In this document: positions 50,096 through 62,728 of the stretch, piece by piece | Position numbering within the stretch: position 1 is the stretch's first letter | Layout: the number at the start of each line of letters is the position of its first letter | NCBI RefSeq assembly: GCF_036321535.1 | Contig: NC_087438.1 | Location: 8,868,001 to 8,932,000, forward strand | Source: Camelus dromedarius | Taxonomy: Eukaryota | Direction: 5' to 3' | DNA: 64,000 nt | Translations under genes and position numbers: made by a program | The notes under the pieces: generated by a model | What the model was told of the DNA's origin: nothing | The model's database searches: none | The model's input: the letters and a program-made list of their open reading frames with translations, nothing else

Positions 50096-52884
50096 AGAGA
50101 AATGTGTATTTCATTTTTGTAAGTGGTAAAGAGTCAGCAGTGATGAAGTTTCTACTTTTACATTTAAATAGGCCTTAGGGATCAGTTAGTCAAATTTCCA
50201 CGTCTTACAGAAAAGGATAAAGTTATGGAATGGGCTTCATTCATCTTTCCAAGGTCTCTTTGGTTGTTAGCAGATAACATGGAGCAAATTTCTTTCTTCC
50301 AACTCTCAAAAGGGTTGTTTTGGTTATATTGCAATGGCCTCTTTAATCAACCGAGCGCGTTAGACCATCTTTATGAATACATTTTAGACATTGAAAGTAG
50401 TGATGCAGGCTTTGAATTCATAGATATAATGGCTTGAAGTGCTGTTTTTGTTCATGTAATTTCAACAACTAAAAATACTTTAAAAATTTAGACTAAGGTG
50501 ATCTACTCTGTTCAATCTAGTGTATTTATACACAATTAAACTCGAAAATAATTGTATCAAACATGAAGAAGTACTTGAATCATAATACATATTAAATATT
50601 ACCTACCAATCTATAACAGTTTTTTTTTAAAGTTATTTTCTGGGATTACTTGGTTTGGCTAGCACATTCCCATTATTCTTATTCTTTTAGTTATTAAAGT
50701 AAAATGTTAGTTGTATATTTATTTCCACAATGAATTAACAATTTATGATATTTAAGGAAAATAAAATAATTACCATAAACATAACATGAAATTAAAATGT
50801 CATACCTGTGTGTACTATTAGTTGCAAATCTATGACATTTTTCTCAACTTTTATTTACAAAATCACTAATCCCAGCTAAATTCTTGTTGTTTTGCTCTTC
50901 TGAAAAGTAAACATTTAAGCCTTTTTTGTGAATGACCATTTTACTGTATTTAACTCAAATTAAATAGAAGTACATTATCTATAATATCAAAAGCCATTGT
51001 TTATTCTAATAATCTGCGAGAGGTTAATATGGCAAAATGCACATTAAACCAGTTTGCCAATCCTTGCTTGCAATGAAGAAAGTGCCAGTATTTTTACAGA
51101 AATTAACAGCAGCAATTATAATCAGAGTAGGAAAAACTAAAGTCTTTCAATGACCATAAGAGCAATGTTAAATTGTTGGAGCAGTAATAACTCGAGCTAT
51201 TCAGCAGTAGAATTACCTCCCTAGTACATATTTAACTGTGGCGTTGTAATGATGTATGCGTTTTGTTTCATGAAAAGGGTCACAGTTTGTTAAAATACAA
51301 AAAAATAATGGTCCATCCTCTTTTTCTATCAAGAGAATGTAAAGTTGCAACATTTGGCCTGCATTCATATTTCAAGCAGCATATTTTAAAAGGTAAGTGT
51401 CCAAAATGAACTGGAAGAATTGAAAAAAGTCGAAATTTAACCAGCTTTTGTACCAAGGCGATAGCTGCAAAAGACATTGTAAATAGTGAGAGAGGTAAAT
51501 ACCCTTTGTAGTGCAATCGCGAGTGAAATCTGAAAAGGAAAGTGGGGTTCTTATTATAATAAACAAAAAGACAGCAAGGGCTGTGCTTCCCACAGTACAA
51601 TACACAGGCAGAGCAAAATGAAACAAATAGAAACTAGGATTTTTAGCTCAGAATACAAAATTTATGTGAGTGGAGATAAGAAATTATTTATACATTTGCT
51701 TTGTGTACATCAATAATTCATCCACTCTTTGTTTATATCCTCATGACCTTCACTTATTTTGGGGGGAAAAAAAAGTATGTCTTTCTTAGTGATTTTATTA
51801 TTGAAACAATACAGGAAAATATAACCATGTCATCATGTTTGATGAAGAGAAATTTGAACAACGCATTATTGAGAATTCTCATTTTCTAAACCTCTCACAA
51901 TCCACTTGGGACTTCTAGCACCTTCATCTCTTTCTGTTTGTTCTCTTTTGGCGTATCCGGGAACCTGTGAGCGATTCTTAGAGAAACTTTGTTTCTGAAC
52001 ACACATCAAAGTGGCAACTTTTTAATGATCCCTAAGCTAGAGAAAGTCAGATAGTTTCTTCCGCTTTTGTGAAACTATAAAAAGAAAGCAGGGGATATTT
52101 TATTTCTTTCCTTAATTGCCTTCCCAAGCTCCCAAGGTAAGCGAAAGAAATTATATACAAAAAAAAAAAAAAAAAAAAAAAAAATATTGTCAAAGGCTGT
52201 TTGCTGTGGTACAGACATTTTTCACTTTCTAAAATATATTTATAAAAGTATTATACCACATATGGCTTCAAGTAACAAGGAATAGAGCGATGAAAACTTT
52301 TAAAAATACGTTAAGAGGAAGATAGTATGGTCGAGTGGAAAAAACATGAGAATTTTGCTGGAAAAGAGATTCTTAGCCTTGGTTTTCTTCTTTTGGAATG
52401 AAGCATTGTCAGCTCAGTTAAGCTAGTTTGTGTAAAGGTTCTGGTAGTTTCCTTTGGGGACTTTTTTGATAAAGCCATATCATTTCGACTGATTTTCTTC
52501 CTTAACTACTAATTTCTTGTCACTAAAAAGAATATGAGTATATGTGTTTTTCAGCAGAGTTAAGTATAGTGGGGAAAAGAGAGAACGGACTTTCCATTTC
52601 AGAAGAAAGGATAACATATTTTCTTTTAAAATTTTATCTTAGGCTCTACATTCTTTTCTAGCTGTGAGGAGGTAGAAGAACGCAGGAGAAAGAGAATGGA
52701 CATTGGAGTTTTGAGCTTAAATTGCGGATGTAACACATAATGTGTAGGTAATCTAGGACCCTTCTCAGCTCTAGGTAAGCATGAAAAGCCATACAGAGTA
52801 CTGAGTCCAGGGCCTGCTGGATACATAGATGCTTCCCGTTGAGGATGGCAACATTTATTTATGACAAAATAGATTGTTAATAAG

Positions 52885-53387
52885 TCTATCACCTCTTGCC
52901 CCTCTAATTCCACGTAACAAATCACGAAACATAAAGGCTTAAAACAACCACGCGTCCAGGGTTCTGCTGGGTCAGCCTTGCTGGTCTTGCTCCTTGACTA
53001 TGACCTCATGGCGGGTCAGTTGGGGACCAACCAGTTAGAAGAGTCTCATCTGGGAAAAGTTACTTAATGCTCCACAGGGTTTTTTTGTTTTTGTTTTTGT
53101 TTTTGTTTTTGTTTTTTTTATCAGCAGGCTAGTCTGGTCTTGTGATTGGGGTGGAGGGGCAGAATTCTAAGCAACTGAGGGGATGTGCCTAAGGCCTCAT
53201 GTTCCCGGGCAACAGATCATCACAGTGTTACTTCCGCCTCATTCTCTTGGCCAGAAGAAGACAAAAGCCAGCCAGAGCTTCAATGGTGGGGCAAATGGGG
53301 ACCACCTATCATAGTGAGACTTTGCAAAATCATAGTGAAATGACAAAGAGGCTTAATTTCGGTCATTAATGCATTTAGTCTTCCACT
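52885..53387 (-). mobile_element. MLT1H-like MaLR LTR containing a (TTTTTG)n run
   Basis: 'gtaacaaatcacgaaacataaaggcttaaaacaacc', 'cagcaggctagtctgg' and 'tgttacttccgcctcattctcttggccagaag'. Confidence 0.75.
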
Positions 53388-54089
53388 GTTTGAACACTAA
53401 ATTAAAATCTCTCACTGTTTTATTTGAAGGCAGACACTTTTCAGTAAGATTACTGAGAATGAACTAGATTCTCTGTACAAATATTCCATATCACAAGGAA
53501 TTACTCAAAAATTAAGAGAGAAAAGAAGGAAAATAAAGTTTTGCGGGATAAAATACATTTTTACAGCTACTTGTTAAGGTTTAAATCATCATCGATTGAC
53601 CCTATAGGTAACATCAATATGGCCAATAGAAAAGCCAGTTTTAATGAGAATTACTCAGTTGTTTCTTTCAATAATCTGCTCTTCTGGTTCAAGACTAAAT
53701 ATGCAGGGGTGACCTTGGTTTAGCTTTCTTAAAATTACGTATCACCCAATTTTTCTGATTCTGCCATAGATATTTACTTCTGTTGTTCTAATATGCATCA
53801 GACTAAGATTTAAAAAACAGATAAGATCATTATAAAAGTTTCTCAACTGTAAGACCAGAACACTGTTTTTGAACATAATAAAAAAAATTATTGGCTTCAT
53901 GGGCTAATTTCATTTATTGAACCTTACACAATTATTGGAGAGGCTGGGGAAGAAACAAATGAAAACAGGAGCTGGAAGCTCATACAATAGTAAAACGAGA
54001 AGCTGGAAATGCAGAGGCACCAAACAGAACTGAGTGCAGATTGCTGGCTGAGAAGTCTGTAGGTAGCTGTTAGACTAATCTTACTGCAG

Positions 54090-55810
54090 CTCTACACATG
54101 TATAAATCTGTGTTAACTATCACCAGTTAGGAAAGAAGATATTTTTATCACTTTAGAAAACCTCTCCACAGTTTCACAATCCCACCAACCACGGGGCTCG
54201 GCAAACACTAGCATCACACCGAGGCTGGATTCTTTCACTCAGCGTAATGCCTTTGAGACCCATCCACTTATTTGGGTCTATCAATAACTGATTGCCTGTA
54301 AAAAAAGTTTTGCAAAGTTTTTGGTAATTATTTCCCTTATAGTTCTCGTGCTGTGATTTCTTTCTTCCCCCTTTGGCATTACAAAGACGTTAACGTTACA
54401 TTTTATTTTATCCTGCATTCCTTAGCTGTCCTACTCTATGTTTTGGACATTTTTTTTTTCTCTTTGCATTTCATTGTGAGTAATTTCCATTGACCCATCT
54501 TCAAGGTCACTGATTCTTTCCTTGACTGCATTGACTGTGAATGAGCATATGAAGGTATTTTTAATTTTTGCCACTGTGTTTTGATTTCTACCATTTCCTT
54601 TAATTATTTTTATGGTTTCCATGTCTCTTATGATATTACTCACCTAATTTTGCAAGTTGTATGCCTTTAATTATTCTAAGTTCCCCATGTGATAATTTCA
54701 ATGCTGATGCCATATTGAAATATGGTTCTGATTATTACTTTATCTCCTCCTAGTGTGAGTCTCTTGTCTTTTAGCACGCTTGTGAATTTGTTTTGAAAGC
54801 TGGGTGTGTTGCAGAGAGCAGTAGGTATCTTAGTAAAAAGGACTTCACTGTGGGAGTTACTATTCTACCCAGTAATTGAGCTGTTTCAAATGCCTCTAGT
54901 TACCTTGCTTCTAATCTCCTTTCTGGTTTGGGGCTTCACTTTCCTTGGAGAAATGTCTACTTCTTGCAACTCTCCTGGCTACTATCTACCATTATAATTA
55001 ATGGAGATTTATTAGTGTGAGTATAGGACTTAGGAAGGAAATTCTCTGATCTTCTGATTAAGTCATAGTCTTTAGAGTACACAGTGGATCTGTGTCATGA
55101 GGGTGTGACTTTTACAAGTGTTCCTATGTTCCTTCAGGGCTGGAGACTTTCCTCTGCCACTCTGCCCTCTTTCCTGGTGGCTCTCCTGCTATGTTCCTAG
55201 TCTGTGTCCTTCAGGCCATCTTTCCTGCAGATTTTGGCTTTTGGTGCATCCTTCAGTGAGACTGGAGGCTGGGGCTGTACTGAGGTCACGTCCCTTGACT
55301 GTAATGGAATTTCATCATTCCATTTGTTGATTTTCTTCTGCTTGCAGATTGGCCCTTTTGTTCCATAAGGAAAAGGTTTCTGTGTATTCACGTGTCCTTT
55401 CCATGGGCTATGGGCACTTCCTGTACCACAGATAGTGGCACCTTCTGCAGAGCCACATTTTGAGAGATTTCTGGGGGAAAGAGCTGCAGAAATGTCCCCA
55501 TGACTGTGGCGTCCAGTTGCTTCTCATTCTCACAGTGGTCCACATTCAGCCTCCAGCAGTTTGTCAGAATTCCCAATTTAATCCTCCTATTGGCTTATGT
55601 GGAGTCCAGTGGCTTCTGCACAGGAAATGAATGCTTGGATCCTATATCTCCCTGCAGTGGCCTGAGTGATGGTGGTTGGTCCTGAAACCTCAAGGTTTAT
55701 GAAAATTCATTAATTTTCAGTTTGTTCATCTTTTTCTTGTTGTTTTTGTGGAATGATGGATTCCTATCTCTTTACATAGCTAAGCTGAAACCAGAAGTCT
55801 GAAAGACTCA
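54090..55810 (-). mobile_element. Old L1M fragments, including an ORF1 remnant and 5' region
   Basis: The minus-strand peptide 'AVKERISDLEDGSMEITHNEMQREKK' (ORF 54431-54643) resembles the L1 ORF1p coiled coil. A 3' UTR-like piece lies at about 54090-54330. Confidence 0.7.
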
Positions 55811-55979
55811 TTTTTAAATTTATAATCTCACTTGCTAGGTAAGTTCCTTGGTATGTTATTTAGTATAATTTATAAAACAGATGTGATCCATGCTTTCATA
55901 CAACATAGGGTGAAAATAGATCGAAGAAATTATGACATCCTTGCTTACAAACACATTTCACATATTAAAGATACATTGA

Positions 55980-56420
55980 CCAGTCCTTCTCAAACTCTTC
56001 CAGAAGATTGAAAAGGAGGGAATATTCCCAAACTCATTCTATGAAGCCATCATCACCCTGATACCAAAACCAGGCAAAGACACCACCAAAAAAGAGAATT
56101 ACAGACCAATATCACTGATGAATATAGATGCAAAAATCCTTACCAAAATATTAGCAAATAGAATCCAACAGCTTATAAAAAAGATTATACATCATGATCA
56201 AGTGGGGGTCATCCCAGGGACACAAGGGTGGTTCAACATACGCAAATCAATCAGTGTAATACATCACATCAACAAGAGAAAGGACAAAAACCACATGATC
56301 ATCTCAACAGACAAAGAAAAAGCTTTTGATAAAATTCAACACCCATTTATGATAAAAACTCTCACCAAAGTGAGTATAGAGGGAACATATCTTAACATCA
56401 TAAAAGCTATATATGACAGA
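55980..56420 (+). mobile_element. Isolated internal LINE-1 ORF2 fragment (Z domain / N-terminal RT)
   Basis: Open frame [54 protein letters not shown]...[18 protein letters not shown]...[12 protein letters not shown]...IIKAIYD, unmistakably L1 ORF2p. Confidence 0.97.
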
Positions 56421-56516
56421 TCTAAATTCTTAAATGCAAAGTTCTAAAATGGAAAGCATAACCAAGCAAGAATTCCTGGAGAAAAAACTGGATTGTTGAT
56501 GACAACACAGGCAGCC

Positions 56517-56575
<59 letters not shown>

Positions 56576-56577
56576 TT
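56517..56577. repeat. (TTTA)n tetranucleotide microsatellite
   Basis: About 15 perfect units seen directly. Confidence 0.95.
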
Positions 56578-57181
56578 AGCAGTAATCAGCATTTTGGTAA
56601 AACCTTATCATCAAAGAAAATAATTGCATACTTATTTTTCCTTAAAATTCACTAAATAATAGTTTCTTTAGAAGTTTTGGCAACTTTTCAAAACCAGTGC
56701 CAACTCAGAGTCTCTTTGGAAGCGCACTAATTTTCACTGTACTATTTTTGTATATTTTGGTTATCATTGAATTCTTAATGATTCAGAAAATACTATTTTT
56801 TGTTCACATAGATTTAGATTTTGCAACTAGAGAATATTTCCTAAATGGATTTGTTTATTCCCAACAACATCTTTTGCAGAGATTCACAAGTTCAAGTGGT
56901 GAGTTTTCAGCTAGCTGAGTCCCATTACGTGCCATAGATGTCTGCCTCTGGAATTTTATTAACAAAGTTTGGTAATCTGTTTCTGCCAAAGGACAGTAAT
57001 TGCATTACCAAAAAGAGCACAACACATGCACTCACAAATGAATCTCACTGAAGAAGAAAACATTGACACTTTCTCCAAGGAAAAGAAATACTTAATTCCC
57101 TTAAAGTCAAGTAGAATAAAACAGTGCTGAAAAAGTAACTCTACTGTGTAATGCATGATAATTCTCTGTCTTGGATGATAG

Positions 57182-58334
57182 TATTTATGAGCTGAATGTT
57201 GCACCCCCCCACCTCACTGAGATGTGGAAGTATTAATCCCTAGTACCTCACAAGTGACTGTATTTGGAGTTCTGGTCTTAAAAATAGTAATTAACATTGC
57301 ATAAGGTCATCAGGGTGGACCCTAATCCAGTATGATTTGTCTCCTGATAAAAAGAGATTACAACACAAACATACACAGCAGAAGGACATGTGAAGACTGG
57401 AGAGAAAAGATGGTTGTCTACAAGCCATGGAAAGATGTTCCCAAATAAGTCAACCCTGCCTACATATTTTTTTTTAATTAAAAAAACATTTTATTGAAGT
57501 ATAGTTGATTCACAATGTTGATGTACAATGTTAGTTTCAAGCGTATAACAAAGTGATTCAGATATGCATATACATATATATATTCCTTTTCAGACTATTT
57601 TCCATTTTAGGTTATTACAAGACTTTGAATATAGTTCTTTGTGTTCTACAGTAGGTCCTTGTTGTTTATCTATTTTATATATAGTAGTGTATATCTGTTA
57701 ATCCCAGACTTCTAATTTATCCCTCCCCCCAACCCCTTTCCCCTTTGGTAACCATAGTTTGTTTTCAATGTCTATGAGTCTATTTCTGGTTTGTAAATAA
57801 GTTAATTTATATCATTTTATTAGATTCCACATATAAGTAATAGCATATAATATTTGTCTTTGTCTGACATACTTCAATTAATATAGTAATCTCTAGGTCC
57901 ATCCATGTTGCTGCAAATGGCATTATTTCATTCTTTTTTATGGCTGAGTAGTGTTCCGTTCTACAATTTCTTTTTCCATTCATTTGTCAATGAACATTTG
58001 GGTTGCTTCCTTCCATGTCTTGGCTATTGTAAATAGTGCTCCTAACAACACTGGGGTGCACGTATCTTTTTGAGTTAGAGTTTTCTCCAGATATATGCCC
58101 GTGAGTGGGACTGCTGGATCATAGGGTAACTCTATTTTTAGTTTTTTAAGGAACTTTCATACTGTTTTCCATAGTGGCTGCACCAATTTACATTCCACCA
58201 ATAGTGTAACCCCTGCCTACATCTTGATCTTGTACATTTAACCTCCCAGAACTGTGAGAAAATAAATTTCTGTTATTTAAGCCCCCTGGTCTATGGGACT
58301 TGGTTGTAGCAGCCTTAGTAAGTAAGCTAACACA
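57182..58334 (+). mobile_element. MLT1A-like MaLR solo LTR split by an L1 insertion
   Basis: 5' half 'agtacctcacaagtgactgtatttggag...ggtggaccctaatccagtatga'; 3' half 'ccagaactgtgagaaaataaatttctgttatttaagcc...ctaacaca'. Confidence 0.9.
57469..58210 (-). mobile_element. 5'-truncated LINE-1 3' end nested in MLT1A
   Basis: 'ttttattgaagtatagttgattcacaatg...catagtggctgcaccaatttacattccaccaatagtgta'. TSD CCCTGCCTACAT(A/C)TT at 57454-57468 and 58211-58225. Confidence 0.95.
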
Positions 58335-58369
58335 GATGTTTCGAGATAAGCAGTTTTGGACTACAACAA

Positions 58370-58484
58370 AGAATATGAATGAGATCTGTCTAAGTCCTGT
58401 GGGAAATAATCAGCAGTCCCATTAATACAGAATATGAATGAGGTCAAGCTAAGTCCTGTGGGAAATAATCAGCAGTCCCATTAA
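58370..58484. repeat. 59-bp-period tandem duplication (2 copies)
   Basis: AGAATATGAATGAG...CTAAGTCCTGTGGGAAATAATCAGCAGTCCCATTAA starts at 58370 and again at 58429. Confidence 0.95.
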
Positions 58485-58720
58485 CTTAATTATGAAAATA
58501 ATTAAGAACAAACCAAAGTCTAGGAATAAGAAACTATCCTTATAAATACAGAATTGGAAATCTGAATGAATCCAAGGAATTCATAGCCTGGTGATGAGTG
58601 AACTTCAAGAGTTATCTTTTTTTTTTTCACTTTCAAAATTTGTAAACTCTAAATGTTGACATTTAGAAACTGTATTAGTTTGGTTGACTATTCCTTTCCC
58701 AGGAAGACTATGTTGAAGAG

Positions 58721-59338
58721 TGTGGGAGCCCATGATTGGGTTAACAAATTGTAACAATCCCAGCCACTTATCTCCTTAAAGAAGATGTGCTTAGTAACTG
58801 CCTTGAGGTTTTAGCAATGACCCGGGGCCCCCGGCTATAAATGCTGGGCATGCCTGCTGTTAGTCTTCTATCCCCAAAACAGCCTTGGGCTGGAATGGCA
58901 AACAACTTATAGAAAGCTGCAGGCTCAGAGGTGAGAAGGCTGGTTAGCCAATGACGGGTAAGCCCCCCTGAGGGGGCAACCTGAGACAGGCACAGCCGCC
59001 TGAATCCAGGAAAATCTTGTCAGGCAGCTGATTCTCATACGTTCCACCCTGATAAGCAGAAAGGCTCAACACGATTATGATTCACCAAAAAGGGTCTTCT
59101 GACCTTGAGCCAAACACCAACAATAAACAAAGCCTTTGTACTCATTGTGATCCCACCCTGTCCTTCCCTAAATTCCTGCTTCAACTGTACTCAATAAATA
59201 TGAGAGATTTGAGAGGCTCATGGAGTTGGCTCCTGACTCTGTCTCGCTCTCTTGACTTTCCCCTAGAGTCTTGAGTAATTCATTCTGTCTCGGTGGGACT
59301 TCTGCTGGCCAGAACCCACAACTGGTGACGAACCCACA
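58721..59338 (+). mobile_element. ERV2 (beta-like/ERVK-class) LTR with PBS remnant and duplicated terminus
   Basis: TGTGGG...CCCACA termini, perfect 6-bp TSD GAAGAG (58715-58720 and 59339-59344), and an internal first end GAACCCACA at 59320 followed by AC-TGGTGACGAACCC. Confidence 0.9.
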
Positions 59339-60310
59339 GAAGAGCAGTGGAGACAAATGTGTAGACAGTGGGTTTCACAAGTTTATTTTATGCTTATACA
59401 TTTAGATGTTGCTCCCAAATCATCCTATACAATTTCGCTGGCATCTAGATATTGTCTCTAGAATCCTTCTGAGCATAATGTCCCGTGATGCCAATAGCTA
59501 TTGGTAAGATTCACTTAATTCAGTCACTAAGGAGATGATTATTTGAAGATTACTACATGTCAGATGATGCTATAGGCAAAGGGGAAGTGGCAAGTGGAAA
59601 GGGATTCAAGCAGGTAACCTGTATCCTTCCATTTCTCTTTGCCATGAGGATGCTCAGAGAGAAGGCAGCTGGCATTCTCATATCATTATAAACACACTGA
59701 TAACTGATCTTATGGTTAATAGACTAATAGGATTTGCTAGGAGGCTCTTTATAAAAAAATATTTTTGCTAACTTGTTTCTGGTTTGGCATTGCTCCAACC
59801 AACAGACATTAAGACCTATGGGGCATGGAACCCTAAAAATTTTCTCTAAGTTCTAACTATCTAAGTGTAAGATGGAGACGTTTTGCAACCTAACATGCTG
59901 CCTGACATGGGTGGCCATGCCCTGGGACAGAGAACACACACCCCGCAGAAAAGTCATGGAGGATCATGTTCCGTGTCCCAGGCTTCTACACTTTCCCTGT
60001 TTCTTGATTTTGGTATCTTTGAAATGATGACTGTGCCTTGATACTGGAGCAGCTCCCAGTTTCTGACTCTGTGATTAGATAAGTCTATGCATTGTGTTAG
60101 CTCAGTGATGTACATAACACTCATCCTCACTTCGATGACATTTTGCTCTGGTAGATGAAGAGGGAGCCAGTCCATCGTTTCTGAATAATGACATGAGGCT
60201 AATGAACCAGTGACCTTTGTGGTCAAGTGTGTGAAATGTGCAACAATTAGTTATTTCTTACTGTATACATCTGCAAATCGGAATGCAGTCTTTTGAGCTA
60301 CTGTTATAAT

Positions 60311-60628
60311 TATAGTGCCTCAATTCCCTCATCTGAAAGTCTTGGGGCAAAGGATGAGTTAGAAAGCAGTATTTTTCAGATTTTAGAAAAAGGATACCAG
60401 GCAAGTGTAACAAATTATTTCACAGAAGCAGTAGATTTGAAAGCAATAACTTCGTACTTAAAATTTTTAATATTTCTGAAATAAAACATGCAAACTATCA
60501 CAAGACAGATTATGATATGTTGCTTCCAGTCAGTTCAGATTATGCCACCAAATGAGCTAAAAAGTAAAACTCAGTTTTCAGAGGATTTGGGGTTATATCA
60601 TTCCAACTAAGGACTTGTACAACTGCAT
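60311..60628. mobile_element. Old TcMar-Tigger element (Tigger15a/MamRep-like)
   Basis: 'caattccctcatctgaaagtcttggggc...ttttcagattttagaaaagg' and 'ctcagttttcagaggatttgg...taaggacttgtacaactg'. Confidence 0.5.
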
Positions 60629-60689
60629 TATCCTTATTATTAACTCTTCATTTTGAAATAAATAATTTTTCAGAGTTTTTGACTTCTTG

Positions 60690-61520
60690 TTTTAAATTAA
60701 ATGGAGAGTTTTTCCTGCCTGCTACGGAGCTGTCACCTGGGGATTTCCTGTATTATATCTGTGTTTGATTAAGTGCATTGATTCCTGAAGTCCAAGACTT
60801 CATCTACTTTTCTTTTTTTTTTTTTTTTCAAGTTTCTTAAGTACATGCTCAAGCAAACTTATTTTCAAAATGAATATATGGAAATAAACTTTGATGCTCT
60901 GGCAAGATCCAAAATATGTTTAAGCTTTGAGGACCTAAATCATAATTTGACTGGATAGGACAGTTCTAGATTCAAAATCTTCTTTCCTCAGAACTTTGAA
61001 GATTATATTCTACTGAGCTTTGAACCCAGTGTTGCTGAAGGCGTCAGTGCTGACCATCTGGATTTTATTTCATCACTCCTATCTTAATCTTTCTTTTAGA
61101 AGCCCTTGGTATTGTCTCTGCATTTTACTTTTTAAAATTTCAACAAGATGTTCCAAGGTAATAGTCCTTTTTTTAAAAATTTATCTTGTATCTTATCTGG
61201 CAGGGCACCAAATTACAAATAATTTTATCTAGTTTTTAAGTTTGGGGAATTTTTTAAAATTTAATCCTTTGATGTCATTCTTCGGCTATGTTTTCTGTTT
61301 CCTCTTTCTAATAAAGAGATCTTGTCATCCTGGTTTAATCTTAGGTATTTATTAATATTTTACATATCATTTTCATTTTTGTCTTTTTTGCTCTGCATTA
61401 TGGAATGGTATTTAATTTTTGTTTAATTGTAGATTTTTCAAGGTTTTTTTTTTAATGTTGTCTTTATTTTCAAATGACCTGTTTATACCACCCTATTATT
61501 TAAAAATAAAAAAAAAATAT
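60690..61520 (-). mobile_element. Ancient L1M fragment
   Basis: 'ataatttgactggataggacagttctagattcaaaatcttctttcctcagaactttgaagattatattc'. Confidence 0.6.
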
Positions 61521-61542
61521 TGAAGGCTTATTAGGTGTCAAG

Positions 61543-62668
61543 TTTTCTTTGAAATACAACTGACATGTGTGTAAGTTTAAGGTGTACAACCTGTTGGTTT
61601 GATATATTTATATTGCAATATGGTTACTGCCATAGAATTAGCTAACACATCTATCACATCACATAATTATCTTTTTTTGTGGTGAAAGCATTTAAGATCT
61701 AGTCTCTAAGCAACTTTGAAGTATATGATACAATATTATTAACTATAATCACAGTTATTAGAGCACTAGAAATTTTTTATCTTCTAACTTCAAATTTATA
61801 CCCTTTGACCAACATCTCCTCTGTTCCCTCACCCTTTGCCTCTGGTGACCACCATTCTATTTTCTGTTTCTGAGTCTGGCCATTTTAGATTTCACTTATA
61901 TGTGAGATCACACAGTATTGGTTTTTCTCTGTCTGTTTTGTCTCACTTAGCAAAATATCCTCCATGTCCATCCATATTGTTGCAATGGCAGGATTTCTTT
62001 CTTTCTCATGGCTGAATAATATTCCATTGTGTGTGTGTATCCAGGTCTTGAATCTTTTTTATCCATTCATCTGTTGACAGAAACTTAATGCTTTCCATAT
62101 CTTGACTACTGTGAACAAGGCTGCAATAAACATGGGAGTGCAGATCTCTTTTTGATGTCTTGGTTTTATTTCCTTTGAATATAGACCCAGAAGTGGGATT
62201 GCTAGATTATATGGCAGTTCTATTTTTAATTTTTTGGGAAACCTCTATACAGTTTTCCATAGTGACCGCACCAATTTGTGTTCCTGCCAACAGTGCTCAA
62301 GGCTTCCCTTTCTCCACCTTCTTGCCAACACTTCTTATGACTTGTCTTTCTTATGGTAGCCGTTCTAACAGGTGTGAGGTGGTATCTCATTGTGGCTTTG
62401 ATTTTGCATTTCCTTGGTGATTAGCAATGTTGAGCATCTTTCCATGTACCTGTTGGCTGACTGAATGTCTTCTTTGGAAAAACATTTATTCATTTCCTCT
62501 GTCCATTTTTTAATCAAATTGTTTTCTTGCTGTTGAATTGCATGAGTTCTATACATATTTTGGAATTTAACCCCTTCTTATGTATGTGGTTTGCAAGTAT
62601 TGTCTCCCATTCCATATGTTTGCCCTTTCATTTTGTTGATTGTTTCTTTTGCTGTGCAGAAGCTTTAA
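61543..62668 (-). mobile_element. L1MA8-10-like LINE-1 3' end
   Basis: 'taagtttaaggtgtacaac...ttgtggtgaaagcatttaagatctagtctctaagcaactttgaag...acccagaagtgggattgctagat'. The minus ORF 62365-62556 '[32 protein letters not shown]' is ORF2 C-terminal. Confidence 0.92.
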
Positions 62669-62728
62669 CCTATTATTTTTTAAGGATACAAAAATTTCCC
62701 ATATATCTCTTTGAATATAAATTAAAAC

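Noticed and set aside
56517..56577. (TTTA)n as the tail of the nearby L1 ORF2 fragment
   Set aside because: It has the wrong polarity for a plus-strand L1 and is separated from it by about 100 bp of non-L1 sequence.
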